Assembly (NCBI RefSeq): GCF_009914755.1
Contig: NC_060926.1
Reading direction: 5' to 3' (one strand)
Source of the DNA: the human T2T-CHM13v2.0 reference genome, Homo sapiens
DNA: 64,000 nucleotides
Shown here: positions 26,925 to 44,182 of the stretch, piece by piece
Layout of the letters: the number at the start of each line of letters is the position of its first letter
How positions within the stretch are numbered: the first letter of the stretch is position 1
The notes under the pieces: generated by a model
Told to the model about the DNA's origin: nothing
The model's database searches: none
What the model saw: the letters and a program-made list of their open reading frames with translations, nothing else
Position numbers and translations under genes: made by a program

Positions 26925-27305
26925 TCTGTTAGTCAGGCTAATCTAGGATTTAGTGCAGTAACAAACCAACCCTCAAATATCAGTGGCTTAACACATAAAG
27001 TTTATTTCTCACTCATGAGTCTGGCAGCACTGTAGGATAATTTTCTTTCAAGCAGTAACTTAAAGAGCTCAGTTTCGTGCATCCTGTAGCCACAGCATGT
27101 GGGCTTTCAGGTTACCTAGCAGAGGGAGAGTGAGCTGGAGGGTGAGCCTCATCTCTTAAGTGCTTTCACTTGGAAATGACACACATCATTTCTGCTCACT
27201 CCCCATTGGCTAGAACTAGTTTACGTGGCCTTTGCTAACTGCAAGGGGTTTTGGAAATTTAAGAAAGCACATAGATTTTGTTAAGCAATAAATATCTCTG
27301 GTATA
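26925..27305 (-). mobile_element. MLT1 (I/J-like) LTR
   Basis: 'tgttagtcagg...gcagtaacaaac...cagtggcttaacacataaagtttatttctcactcatg' and 'ccattggctagaactagtt'. Confidence 0.75.
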
Positions 27306-27315
27306 CTATGTAACT

Positions 27316-27675
27316 GTTTGGACTGCATGTTTATGTCCCTTTCAAATTTGTATGTTTAAGGCCTAACCCCTAGTGGGATGATATTAGGAGATGGAGCCTT
27401 TGGGAGGTGATTAGGTTATAAGGGTGGAGTCCTCACAATAGTATTAGTGACCTTATAAGAAGAGATAGGAGAAAGGTTGCTGCTTCTCTCTCTGCTCTCT
27501 GCCATGTGAGGACTCAGCAAAAAGATGGCCATCTGCAAACCAGGAAGAGGGCCCTCACCAGAACTGACCATGCTGGCACCTGATCTTGGACTTCCCAGCC
27601 TCTAGAACTTTGAGAAATACATTTCTGTTGTTTAATCCACCCATTTTTGTAATAGCAGCCCAAACTGACTAACAC
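27316..27675 (+). mobile_element. MLT1A-like LTR
   Basis: Runs 'ggactgcatgtttatgtccc' to 'tagcagcccaaactgactaacaca'. Confidence 0.88.
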
Positions 27676-27826
27676 AACAACATAGGGCTTTGTAATTGGT
27701 TCTTGCTCTGTTTTAATTTGGTGATTGGAGCTCTTACTTGCCAACAGCCTGCTGAGTCCTGATTTAATTTTCTGCTTTGTATTCCGCATCGGGTTTATAA
27801 TTTTGCCTCACCTCTTTCAGGGATGG

Positions 27827-28202
27827 GATCTTAGTTCATTTGTTCTGCTATTAATGAATATCTGAGGCTGGGTAATTCATAAATAATAGAGATTTATTTG
27901 GCTCGTGGCTCTGCAGCCTGTCATGGCATAAGCATCTGTTTCTGGTGAGGGCCTCAGGAAGCTTCCACTCATGGGGGAAGGCAAAAAGAAGTAGGCATTA
28001 CCTGCTCTTTTCAACAACCAGTTCTTATGGAAACTAATAGAGCAAGAACTCATTGACTACTGTGAGGATGGCACCAAGCCATTCATGAGGGATCCATCCT
28101 CATGACCCAAACACCTCCTACCAAGCCCTATCTCTAACACTGGGGATCAGACTTCACCATGAGTCTTGGTAGGGGCAAACAAACTATATTCAGACCACAG
28201 AA
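27827..28202 (-). mobile_element. MST (B1/C-like) solo LTR
   Basis: 'tcttagttcatttg...ctggtgagggcctcaggaagcttcc...catgacccaaacacctcc'; TSD gatgg (27822-27826, 28203-28207). Confidence 0.85.
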
Positions 28203-29517
28203 GATGGGTATCAGACTTCAGCCTACAGGCAGCCTTCTCCAACTGCTGCCCTGCCAGTGAGTGCTATTCGGAGCCCCTTCACCCACTATGCATACATGAA
28301 GGTTATGCCAACATCAACTGGTGGCTTACAACAGCAGGAGTTCTCAAAAGGTGGTGAGGGAAGTAGCCATAGCCCTTTAATTGGGATAGGAGGTATAGTT
28401 TGAAAAAGCCCAGATGACTGCGATAGAGCCTCTTCCCCACAGTCCCCACTGGGAACTGGTCCCAACCCAACTCTGTCTGACTCACATGTTCCTTCAGGAC
28501 AGCAAGAGGAGGGGTTTTGAGGCTATTTCTGTTCTATTTTGAGTAGGTAAACAGGTGCTTCCAGAAAGGCTGTCTGTGCTTTTGATTCCGAAAATAGGCA
28601 TCTCAGTAGTATCAGATAGCAAAAAGTAGGCGAGGCAGTGATTTTGGAAAGAAACTACTGTAGCTGTTTGTTTTGTCGCCTGACCCTACCCATGGCACCA
28701 CCCAGTCCTATAAACAGATGGCTCCTCCTCTGGAGCAGCCAGGATCCAGCTTCTCAGGGGTCACTTGAGCAGCCACACACTGCATTCCTTCCTCCTTCTG
28801 CAACAGAATGGGATCAGGCCAATGAGAGATTATCCAGGTTTTCCTCCTTTTTTTTTCCTTTCTTAAAAAAACTTGTAATAAGCTGACTTTGTACAGTGGA
28901 ATGTTCTTTGTGGCTTATGAAGAAATAAACAGTAGTCTTGGTGGCTCTTAGGAATATATGCGGTGGGGCTTAAGACTCTTGAGAACGTTGCCAGTCCCAG
29001 TGACTGCTCTGAGATGAGGTCACATGAGTTGTCTCCCTGAGTAACAAAAGGTGGGATTCACATGACTGGGCTGACCCCAGTTGGCTGATTATTCAGTTCA
29101 GACAGAGCTAAAGAAAACCAGTTGCCCACTGGCCTTTCAACTCTGCTTCTTTCCTGTTATTTCTTCAGCCATTTATAGTCTAGTGTCTGGAGAGAGCTGG
29201 TCCAAAGTTTGGCAGGACTTGAAACAGATAAATCATTTGCAGACCAGTAAGGGCCTTACAGCTTTACTAGGAAAGGAAAAAATGGAAGCTTGGATTGAGG
29301 TGTGCTGATGTCTCCTTTTACTGGCTCAGAGTGTTTTCATTTTAACCCCCATTGAGGCCAAGCACAATTCCAGAATCACATTCTGCGCCTTTGCTGGGTA
29401 AATACTCCGTTACACACTTGGTGGGCAGGATCTAAGAATTCCCTGCAGGCAAATGAATATGAACTGGACACAGTAGGAGATATTGCAGTGCTGTGAGTGA
29501 AGTGCACCACGACGTTT

Positions 29518-29622
29518 TTCTCAGGGCTGTGCCAATACCTGCCAGGTTGTGAGAAGTTCACAGTCATGTTACTGTTCATCTTGCATCTGCTTAGAATTGA
29601 CCTTCCTAAATCTCAGTTCCAG
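29518..29622 (+). repeat. 105-bp dispersed duplication, copy 1
   Basis: 100/105 identical to 31644-31748, ungapped. Confidence 0.96.
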
Positions 29623-29762
29623 ATTCTTTTATTTTCTTTCAACTTTTAGAATCAGAGGGTACATGTACAGATGTGTTACATGGGTATGTTGAGTGATGTC
29701 GAGGTTTGGAGTATGATTGAATCAGTCAATCAGTCACCCAGGTGGTGGTGAGCGTAGTACCC
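29623..29762 (-). mobile_element. Short L1P (L1PB / old L1PA-like) 3' end
   Basis: T-rich tail then 'cagagggtacatgtacagatgtgttacatgggtat...gtcacccaggt...gagcgtagtaccc'. Confidence 0.8.
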
Positions 29763-29879
29763 TGTAGATTTACTAGCTTCTGTGCTTGTATGGGGTCACC
29801 TACTCAAAGAGGGCTTTGTTTTCACTTTTAAATGTAAACCAGATAATTTAGGTTACATATGATAGAAAAAAAGAGGCAA

Positions 29880-31220
29880 GAAAATAAAACCCTGTAAGTC
29901 ATTTCCTATGTTTTCTCCACCACACATCTAATAAGTTATCAATTCCTCCTGATTATGCCTTTCACACATCCCTCTAATATATCATATGCTCACTTAGGTT
30001 AAGGTTTAGGGTAGGTTAAGGCTCCACTATGTCCCAACTGGAATATTTCAATAGCATCCTGACTGGTCTTGCTACCTCCAATCCTAATTTACCTTTGTTG
30101 TTTTTTTTATCCTTCTAGTGGAATGACATTTCAGAACACAAAAATGACCATGTCACAGCCCTGTGTATAAGTTTTCAATGGCTTTTGATCACCTGTGGAA
30201 TGAATTCCAACCCTTTGTCTTAGTACATAAAGCTTGTCACAATGTGGCTGCTGGTTTTCCTCTCCGTTCTCCTGCCTCTCCACACTCCGGCATGCACCGT
30301 TCTCCAGGTCTGTGTGGAGACCAGGCTGTCTCATGCTCATCTGTGTCTCTGCTCCTCCCCATATGTTTCTACCAATGACTCTCACCTCTTCATCGTGCAA
30401 ACTCTGATTAATCTTTCAGCATTCAGCCCAGACAATACCTCCCCTAGGGAAACTTTGTAGATCCATCTCCTCAGGTGGGCTGGAGACCCTGTATCTGGGC
30501 TCTAGTAGTATGTGTCACACTGAATTGTAATTTTTAACTTGCTGAGAATCTCCATGTAGACTCTGAACCTCTTGAAAGTAGAAACTGTATCTTATTTGAC
30601 TTTGCCTGTGTCATTTGTGGCTCTGTTTTTGGACCCTTTATTCTGTTCTATTGCTAAATATGGCTGTATTTATGCCAATATCACACTTTATTTAAGATAC
30701 TATTACTGTCTGAATAACTGTAGCTTTATAGTAATTCTTGAAAGCAGATAGGATAAGTGCCACAACTTTGTTCTTTTTTTCAAGGTTGATATGACTATGT
30801 ACAACTTTTATATTATCCTATACATTTAGAATCAGCTTGTCAATTTTGACAAACAAAACCTCGTTGGGATTTTGATTGGGATTGCATTTAACCTATAGGT
30901 CAATATGGAGAGAGTTGACATCTTAATAATATTGAGTCTTCTGATCCAGGAACACAGTGTATCTCTCCATTTATCTAGGTCACCTTTTATTCTCTCAGTA
31001 ATGTTTTATAGTTTACATTAGGCAGGCCTTGCACATATTTTGTCACTTAAAATTAACACTTGAACATGCAAAAACTCAAACTTAGGAAACAGAGAAATTG
31101 GGAGAAGATTCTTTGCTTTTTAGATGGATTCAACCGAAAGCTTATATACACCCAAATCCTTCATTGGGAAGAATATATTGCAGAGTAGGTACTCAAAACA
31201 CTGCTGGCAAATGAATGCCT
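29880..31220. mobile_element. L2 relic interrupted by an L1M fragment (~30605-31025, minus)
   Basis: L2 motifs 'aatagcatcctgactggtct', 'tgaccatgtcac', 'agtaggtactcaaaa'; L1M motif 'gggattttgattgggattgcatt...gttgacatcttaataatattgagtctt'. Confidence 0.7.
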
Positions 31221-31643
31221 GCTGTGATTAAGAGAATTTGCATCCTTTAGCCATTCTCCTCAAACCCAAAGACTTTAGAAAGTAAAGGATGACTGCATTC
31301 TATTTTCCTTACTCCTCAATGAATTATTTTTAAGGGGATTTGTTTGGGTTCATCATAGGCAAAAAATTGCATTCTTTCAATTCAGTAGTCTGAGTCAGGC
31401 AGAGTCAGCCTCTGGGAGGAGAGAGGCTGGATTTGATCACCATGGGTAGATTATTGGGCTTTGCTGAGCCCATGAGCTCCTTCCAGCTTGATGGTTGTCA
31501 GATATGACTCCCTGTCTCATAAAGAGCCAGACTATATGCATGTGGGATGAGGGCTGGCTTTGCCAGTCAAACATGATTTATGGGCAACTACAGAAAGCAG
31601 AAAGTCTTAGGGCCAGGCTGAAAATGCAGGAGGCCCATCATCC

Positions 31644-31748
31644 TTCTCAGGGCTATGACAATATCTGCCAGGTTGTGAGAAGTTCACAGTCATGTTCCTG
31701 TTCATCTTGCATCTGCTTAGAATTGACCTTCCTAAAGCTCAGTTCCAG
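31644..31748 (+). repeat. 105-bp dispersed duplication, copy 2
   Basis: Match to 29518-29622. Confidence 0.96.
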
Positions 31749-31925
31749 CTGTGGCCCACCCCTGTCCTGGCCCTAAAGCCTCTAATAGCTCCCTATTAAC
31801 TCACTGAATTGTCCAAATTTATTTTTGCGATACCTGAATTCCTTTGTAACCAGCCTCCAAATACTTAGCAGGTCTTATGTCCCATATCTCCTGAATTTAC
31901 TCTGCCCTCTAGCCATATAGGAGTG

Positions 31926-32351
31926 TGATGTGGTTAGGATGTTGTCCACTTCAAATATCATGTTGAAACGTAATCCTCAAGGTTGGAGGTGGGGCCTGCT
32001 GGAAGGTGATTCAATCACGGGGGCAGATTTCTTATGAATGGTTTAGAACCATCCCCTTGGTGCTGTACTTGCAATAGTGAATGAGTTCTTGTGAGATCTG
32101 GTTGTTTAAAAGTATATAGCACCACCCCCTTCACTCTCTCTTGCTCCCGCTCTTGCCACGTGAGACGTCTGCTCCCTCTTCACATTCCACCATGATTGTA
32201 AGCTTCCTGAGGCCTCCTGAGAAGCCGAGCATATGCCAGCACCGTGCTGCTTGTACAGCCTGCAGAACTGTGAGCCAATTAAATGACTTTTATTTATAAA
32301 TTACCCAACCTCCAGTGTTTTCTTATAGCAATGGAAGAACAGCCTAACACA
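31926..32351 (+). mobile_element. MSTB-like solo LTR
   Basis: Runs 'tgatgtggttaggatg' to 'gaacagcctaacaca'; TSD gagtg/gagta. Confidence 0.92.
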
Positions 32352-33153
32352 GAGTACATGCAATTCCCAAAAAATGGCAGAATCTTGTCTCCCCTTTGCT
32401 ACTGAAGTTCTCTCTTCATGCTATGATCTCACTCTCCTTTGTTTTTTTTTTTAATTTTAAAGTATTATTTTCTGAGAGATTTCTTCAATTTCATCTTTTA
32501 GTCCTTCTACTGAAATGTTCATTTCTATATCTATCTAATCCATTCAGCCCTGGCTGCTGAAATAGCATTTCTAAATTATAACTCTGCTCATGAGCCTGCT
32601 CAAAAATTTCCAGTGCCTTTCTAAGTCCAAAAGACAAGTCAGAACTTCTTAGCCTCACATTAAGGCTTTCCAAATTCCATTCTCCTGTGCCTTGACCTAT
32701 TAATAAGTTCCTACTCTGAGTGCCCAACTTTGGGGTTACCACCCCTCAGCACTTCTATAGCATTTATCTGTGGTTCTCATCCATACAACACATTTTGTTG
32801 CTAATTTTGTGTTTGTGTATATGTGTATAGCTGTGTGTCTATATCCCTACCAAACCATGAGCTTCGGTGGCCAGCAACTACTTTATTCATTCTGTAGCTT
32901 CCTTAGGACCCAGTCCTATTTCTTCTCCTAGTAGATGTCTAACACATATTTGCTGGCAGTGAATAATGGAAAAGTAGAGTAGAGCAGAAGGTGCCCGGGG
33001 TTGGTGATGTATCAGGAAATATACAGATCTCCCATTCAGAAGCTCCCACCAGGACCTGCCTGGGGGTGATGAGAATAAATGAGTTCTCTTTTAGTTCCAT
33101 TTAACAGATACATATGGATCACCTCAAGGTTGGATATTAAAATATACTATGAA

Positions 33154-33458
<305 letters not shown>

Positions 33459-34866
33459 CATGTACTATTAAACACTGATCCCCAAGGAAGAAATGCAAAT
33501 TCATACTCAACTAATCTCTACTGGTGAAATATTAAGCTTGGGCCAGTTTCCCATGATTTAATGAATAAGCTGTAAAAGAGGACACCACACTCTTCCATCT
33601 GCTGCCCCATGCTTGTGGTCACAACCAGGAGATAGCCCGATTTCATCAGTGGCTAAATGAAGATGGGTGTATGCCCAGTCAGAAGAGGAAAGATCACTGA
33701 AGGTCAGGGACAGAATGAAAGGGAAGAGCATCAGTTTCAGCCCAATGAAGAGATTTTCAGCTGACAGGCATTCCTGAGTGAAACTGCCTGTATTATAAGG
33801 GCTTTTTACTGCTTTCTACACGTCTGCTCTATGCTGCATGGCGTATGAAAGGCATGAGGCACACAGGTGAATTAGACACAAGGAGCCACAAGAAAAGAGA
33901 TGGTCACTTAAAAAAGTTCCTAACATTTATATACAACTTTATAGTTTTCCTTTAAGCAAGATAGCTTTTATCTTTATAAAATTATATGAAAAATGCTAAT
34001 AACAAGAAATAATTGTATCCATATTTCTATACAAAAAGATAATTGTTAAAATTGTGTTAAAATTTTTCCCCTTCATCTGTGCCTTTATACATTTCAGTAG
34101 TTGGGAACATACTATATGTTTTCCCCCACTTGCCTTTGTATCACAAGCATTATATGTTAATATATAGTTGCTTTACAGTTTTTATTACACTTTTAAATTA
34201 AGATGTAATTTACATACAGTAAAATTCACTCCTTTTCAGTATACAAAAGGTTGTGAGATTCATGAATATGAGTTTGACGAATGTATACAGTCAAGTAACC
34301 TCTGCCACGGTCAAGATATAGAACAATTTCATCATCCTCTCAAACTCCCCTGCGGCCCTCTGTATTCAACCATCCTCAAATCCCAGATTCTGGAAACTGC
34401 TGATCTGTTGGCTGTTCCTAAAGTTTTGTTTTTGCAAGAATTTCATATAAATGGAATTATACAGTGATGTGGTTTGGATCTGTGTCCCCACCCAATCTCA
34501 TGTTCACTCCTAATCCCCAATGTTGCATGTGGGACTTGGTAGGAGGTGATTGTTTTCATGGGGGAGGATTTCTCATGAATGGTTTAGCACCATCCCCCTT
34601 GGTGCTGTCCTCATGATACTGAGTGAGTTCTCCTGAGATCTGTTTTGTTTTTTTCTTTTTAATTATACTTTAAGTTTTAGGGTACGTGTGCACAACGTGT
34701 GGGTTTGTTACATATGTATACATGTGCCATGTTGATGTGCTGCACCCATTAACTCGTCATTTAACATTAGGTATATCTCCTAATGCTATCCCTCCCCCCT
34801 CCCCCAACCCCACAACAGGCCCTGGCGTGTGATGTTCCCCTTCCTGTGTCCACGTGTTCTCATTGT

Positions 34867-38684
<3,818 letters not shown>

Positions 38685-38747
38685 TATGATGTTAGCTGGT
38701 TATTTTGCTCATTAGTTGATGCAGTTTCTTCCTAGAATTGATGGTCT

Positions 38748-39760
38748 TTACAATTTGGCATGTTTTTGCAGTGGCTGGTACTAGTTGTTCCTTTCCATGT
38801 TTAGTGCTTCCTTCAGGAGCTCTTGTAGGGCAGGCCTGGTGGTGACAAAATCTCTCAGCATTTGCTTGTCTGTAAAGGATTTTTTTCTCTCCTTCACTTA
38901 TGAAGCTTAGTTTGGCTGGATACGAAATTCTGGGTTGAAAATTCTTTTGTTTAAGAATGTTGAATATTGGCCCCCATTCTCTTCTGGCTTGTAGAGTTTC
39001 TGCCGAGAGATCAGCTGTTAGTCTGATGGGCTTCCCTTTGTAGGTAACTCAACCTTTCTCTCTGGCTGCCCTTAACATTTTTTCCTTCATTTAAATTTTG
39101 GTGAATCTGACAATTATGTGTCTTGGAGTTGCTCTTCTTGAGGAGTATCTTTGTGGCATTGTCTGTATTTCCTGAATTTGAATGTTGGCCTGCCTTGCTA
39201 GATTGGGGAAGTTCTCCTGGATAATATCCCGCAGAGTGGTTTCCAAGTTGGTTCCATTCTCCCCGTCACTTTCAGGTACACCAATCAGATGTAGATTTGG
39301 TCTTTTCACATAGTCCCATATTTCTTGGAGGCTTTGTTCATTTCTTTTCATTCTTTTTTCTCTAAACTTCTCTTCTCACTTCATTCATTTGATCTTCCAT
39401 CACTTATACCCTTTCTTCCCGTTGATGAAATTGGCTACTGAGGCTTGTGCATTCATTACGTAGATCTCATGCCATGGTTTTCAGCTCCATCAGGTCCTTT
39501 GAGGACTTCTCTGCATTGGTTATTCTAGTTAGCCATTCGTCTAATCTTTTTTCAAGGTTTCTTACTTCTTCGCCATGGGTTCAAACTTCCTCCTTTAGCT
39601 TGGAGAAGTTTGGTTGTTTGAAGCCTTCTTCTCTCAAGTCATCAAAGTCATTCTCTGTCCTGCTTTGTTCTGTTGCTGGTGAGGAGCTGCGTTCCTTTGG
39701 AGGAGGAGAGGCGCTCTGATTTTTAGAATTTTCAGTTTTTCTGCTCTGTTTTTTCCCCAT
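38748..39760 (-). pseudogene. L1 ORF1p, disrupted
   Basis: Fragment 'KRNEQSLQEIWDYVKRPNL...RRATPRHIIVRFTKI*' ends in a premature stop. Confidence 0.92.
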
Positions 39761-41184
39761 CTTTGTGGTTTTATCTACCTTTGGTCTTTGATGATGGTGA
39801 CGTACAGATGGGGTTTTGGTGTGGATGTCCTTTCTGTTTGTTAGTTTTCCATCTAACAGTCAGGACCCTCAGCTGCAGGTCTGTTGGAGTTTGCCAGAGG
39901 TCCACTCCAGACCCTGTTTGCCTGGGTATCAGCAGCGAAGGCTGCAGAACAGTGAATGTTGGTGAACAGCAAATGTGGCTGCCTGATCATTCCTCTGGAA
40001 GTTTTGTCTCAGAGGAGTACCCGGCCGTGTGAGGTGTCAGTCTGCCCCTACTGGCGGGTGCCTCCCAGTTGGGCTACTCAGGGATCAGAGACCCACCTGA
40101 GGAGGCAGTCTGTCCGTTGTCAGACCTTAAGCTGCGTGCTGGGAGAACCACTACTCTCTTCAAAGCTGTCAGACAGGGACATTTAAGTCTGCAGAGGTTT
40201 CTACTGCCTTTTGTTTGGTTATGCCCTGCCCCCAGAGGTGGAGTCTACAGAGGCAGGCAGGCCTCCTTGAGCTGTGGTGGGCTCCACCCAGTTCGAGCTT
40301 CCCGGTTGCTTTGTTTACCTACTCAAGCCTCAGCAATGGCCCGATTTTTCCAGGTGCCGTCCGTCACCCTTTTCTTTGGCTAGGAAGGGGAATTCCCTGA
40401 CCCCTTGTTCTTCCCAGGTGAGGCGATGCCTCACCCTGCTTCGGCTCATGCTCAGTGCACTGCACCCACTGTCCTGCATCCACTATCTGGCACTCCCCCA
40501 TGAGAATAACCCGGTACCTCAGTTGGAAATGCAGAAATCATTCATCTTCTGCGTGGCTCATGCTGAGAGCTGTAGACTGGAAATGTTCCTAATCGGCCAT
40601 CTTGAGATCTGGTTGTTTAAGAGTGTGTGGCACCTCCCTCTGTCTCTCTCTTACTCCTGCTCTGGCCATGTGATTTGCCTGCTCTCCCTTCACTTTCTGT
40701 CATAATTGTAAGTTTCCTGAGGCCTCCCTAGAAGCTGAGCAGATGGCAGCATTGTGATTCCTGCACAGCCTGCAGAACTGTGAACCAATTAAACCTCTTT
40801 TCTTTGATATTTACCCAGTCTCATGTATTTCTTTATAGCAGTGTGAGAATGGATTAATACATACAGTACGCAGACTTTTGGTTCTGGCTTCTTACACTAT
40901 TGCATTTATGATTGATACATGTTGTTCTGTGTATAACCAGTTTATTCATTGTTATTGCTAAGTAGTATCCCATTGTATAAATGAACTATATTTATTCCCT
41001 AGATGAGGTACATTTGATTTGGGTTTTGTATAAATCTGATCATATTTGGACAATTACAAAAAAAGCTGCTGTAAACATTTACGTACACGTTTTCATATGA
41101 ACATTTGATTCATTTCACTCGGGTAAATGCCCAAGAGTGGATTGCTGTGTTGTATGGTAAATGTGTATTTAACTGTATACAAAA

Positions 41185-42266
41185 CCTTACTACCTAGTGC
41201 TCAAATCTTAGTTTCTAATACCTCATTCTCCAATAAAAGGAAACAGGGATTTTTGGAGAAATGGCTGATTCTAGGACTAGGGCAGGAAATATATAAAATG
41301 AACTTGGAGCATCTTGCAGTATCAAAAATTAAATAAAAACAAAAAAGCCCATTGATGGGGACATATCAAAGGGCCACAAGGGCCACTGAAAGACTTCCTA
41401 ATGGCCAAAGCAGGAACAATTTGAGAAACAAAGAAAAGAAAGCGGTATTGGATTGTAACCCGAATTACAAAAGAGCTATCCATGTGTCCATACTGACATA
41501 AATACATGATTGAATAAATTAACGAATGGTGAAGAAGAGATGAATCTCCCATGCATAGGAATTCCAAATAAATTATTTAAGTATTTCACCACAAAAAAGG
41601 GGGAGCGTAATTCCCCACTCCTTCAGTATAGGTTTAACATAGTGACTTCCTTCTAAAGTGTACAGTATGGAAAGGGGTGGGAAGTGGACAGAAGATTAAC
41701 TTTAAAGGTGAGAAATCTGACAAACACTACCATAGGCAGGTGATCAAGGTCAACATCAACAGCCAAAAATCATGTTGATTATATGTACTCTTGATATGAT
41801 GTGATGAAAATGGCACTTTTACCTCTTTGATCTTCCCTGCAAAAACCCATAACCAAATCATCTCCAACAAAGAGGCAAACTGCAATAGAGAGATATCCTA
41901 CAAAATATCTAATCTGTACTCATCAAAGCTGTCAAGCATCAGAAACAAGGGAAGCCTGAGAAACTGACCTAGCCAAGACGAGCTTAAGGAGACATGATGG
42001 CTTTACATTACGTGGTATCCTAGATGGGATCTTGAGACAGAAAAGATCAGTAGGTACAAAATAAGCAAATCTGAATAAGCTATAGACTTTAGTTGATAAT
42101 AACCTGTCAGTGTTGGTTGATTAATTGTAGCAACTGTACCTTACTAATGTAATATATTAATAATAGGGGAAATTAACTGCAGGGATAGATAGAACTCTCT
42201 ACTATCTGCTCGGTTTCCCTGTAAACCTAAAACCATTCTAAAAAATAAAATTTATCAGTTAAAAAA
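41185..42266 (+). mobile_element. L1MC/L1MD-like 3' UTR inserted opposite to the host L1M
   Basis: 'ggagaaatggctgattctaggactagggcaggaaat' and 'gaaatctgacaaacactacc...caggtgatcaaggtcaacatc'; ends 'ctaaaaaataaaattt'. Confidence 0.8.
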
Positions 42267-42845
42267 TCCTGAAAAACTGCTTTCCAAAATGGTTATATCA
42301 TTTTGCATCCCCTCCAACAATGTATGAATGTTTTGTTTGCTCTATATCCTCAGTAGCACTTGATATGGTAAGTTTATTTTATTTTATTTTTATTAGTAAT
42401 TGTATATAATTAATACTATATCTTCTCAGTAAAGTTTCTGCTCATCTTTTGCTCATTACTGGTTTTCTAATTGGGTTGCTGGTTTTCTTGAAGTTCGACA
42501 GAATTTGGAAAATATATTTTGAATATATATTTGTTTTATATACAGCTTGAAACTTTTTCTCACAATCGGTGGTTTACTTTTTCATTCTCTTAACAGTCTT
42601 TTGAAGAGTATAAATTCTTAATTTTTATGAAGTCTAATTTATCAATTTTTCTTTTATGGATTGTGCTTTCGATGGTGTATCTAAGGACTCTTTACCTAAT
42701 CCAAAGTCAAAAAGATTTTCTCCTAGAAGTTTTATAATTTAGGTTTTACATTTAGGTATATGATTCATATTGAGTTAATTTTTGTATAGGTTTTGTAAGG
42801 TAGAAAGAGAGGATACACACACACACACACATATACATATATATG

Positions 42846-43044
42846 AGACACTTAATGCCAGCCTGTGAAAGCAGCCAGGGTGCAGGGGGTGGAGGCTGGG
42901 GGCTGTACTCTGCAAAGCCACAGAGGCATAGCTGCCCAAAACTGTGGGAGCCCATCTCTTGTATCAGTGTGACCCAGATGTGAGACATGGAGTCAAAGGA
43001 GATCATTTTGGAGTTTTAAGATTTAATGACTGCCCTTACTGGAT
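42846..43044 (+). mobile_element. Orphan MST/THE1-internal fragment without LTRs
   Basis: Homologous to 45094-45287 ('agacacttaatgccagcc...ttaagatttaatgactgcc...ctggat'). Confidence 0.9.
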
Positions 43045-43236
43045 ACATATACACATATATGTATGTCCTCTATCCCTACCTCATATATATGTGTATATAT
43101 ATATGTGCATATATATATGTCCTTTATTCCTACCTCAAAAAACCTATACAAAAATTATAATATATGAATATATAATTACTTATATATAATATATAAATAT
43201 ATATATCCTCTATTACTACCTGTCAAAGTCATCAGA

Positions 43237-43239
<3 letters not shown>

Positions 43240-43291
<52 letters not shown>
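43240..43291. repeat. (TA)n microsatellite, ~26 units
   Basis: Directly visible. Confidence 0.98.
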
Positions 43292-43295
<4 letters not shown>

Positions 43296-44182
43296 CAAGT
43301 GGGTATCTAATTGTTCCAGTGGTGTTTGGTGAAAATACAATCCTTTCTCCATTGAATAACCTTTTACGCCTTTGTCAAAAATCAGTTGATCATATATGTG
43401 CAGGTTTATGCGGGACTGACTATTCTGTTCTGTTTACCTATATGTCCATCTTTGTGCAGGTACCTCACTATTTTGATTACTGTGCTTTATAGTAATTCTG
43501 GAAACCAGGTATGGTGAGAACTCCAACTTAGTTCTTTATTGTTTTTTAAAGTGTTTTGATTATTTTAGTTGCCTCATCTTTCCATACAAATTTTAGAATC
43601 AGCATGTCCATGAAATCCTGCTGGGATTTTGATTGACATTCCACTGAATCTAGAGATTGATTTTGGGGAGTTGACATCTTAATAATATTGACTCTTTCAA
43701 TGTATGTGCATGGTATATCACTCTATTTAATTAGATTCACTTGGTTTCATTCATGCTTTGTAGTTTTCAGCCTGTATATCTTGCAATATTCTGTTAGATT
43801 TGTAACTAAACATTTTATGCTTTTAGTAGTAATGTAAATGAAACTTTCAAAAACAACACAATTTCTAATTTTCATTGCAGTGTGTAGGGATACAACTGAT
43901 TTTATATATTACTTTATATCCCATGGCCTTACTAATTGTAGTAGCTTTCTTTGTGTGTGGGTTTGTAGGGGTTTCTTTGTTGTCTGTGATTAAAACAGTT
44001 TTATTTGTTCTTGTCCAAACATTTTTTTTTCTGCTATTGCCTTGTTATACTACTACAACCTTGAAGATGGTGATGAATAGGATTCATGAGAGCATATATC
44101 CTGGTCTTGTTCCCAATCTTAGCAGCAAGATTCAGTTTTTCAAAATTAAGTGTGATGTTAGCGTATGTTTTATGTGGATGCC

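Noticed and set aside
30605-31025. Similarity to 43400-43810 as a possible duplication
   Set aside because: Both are old L1M sequence at family-level divergence.
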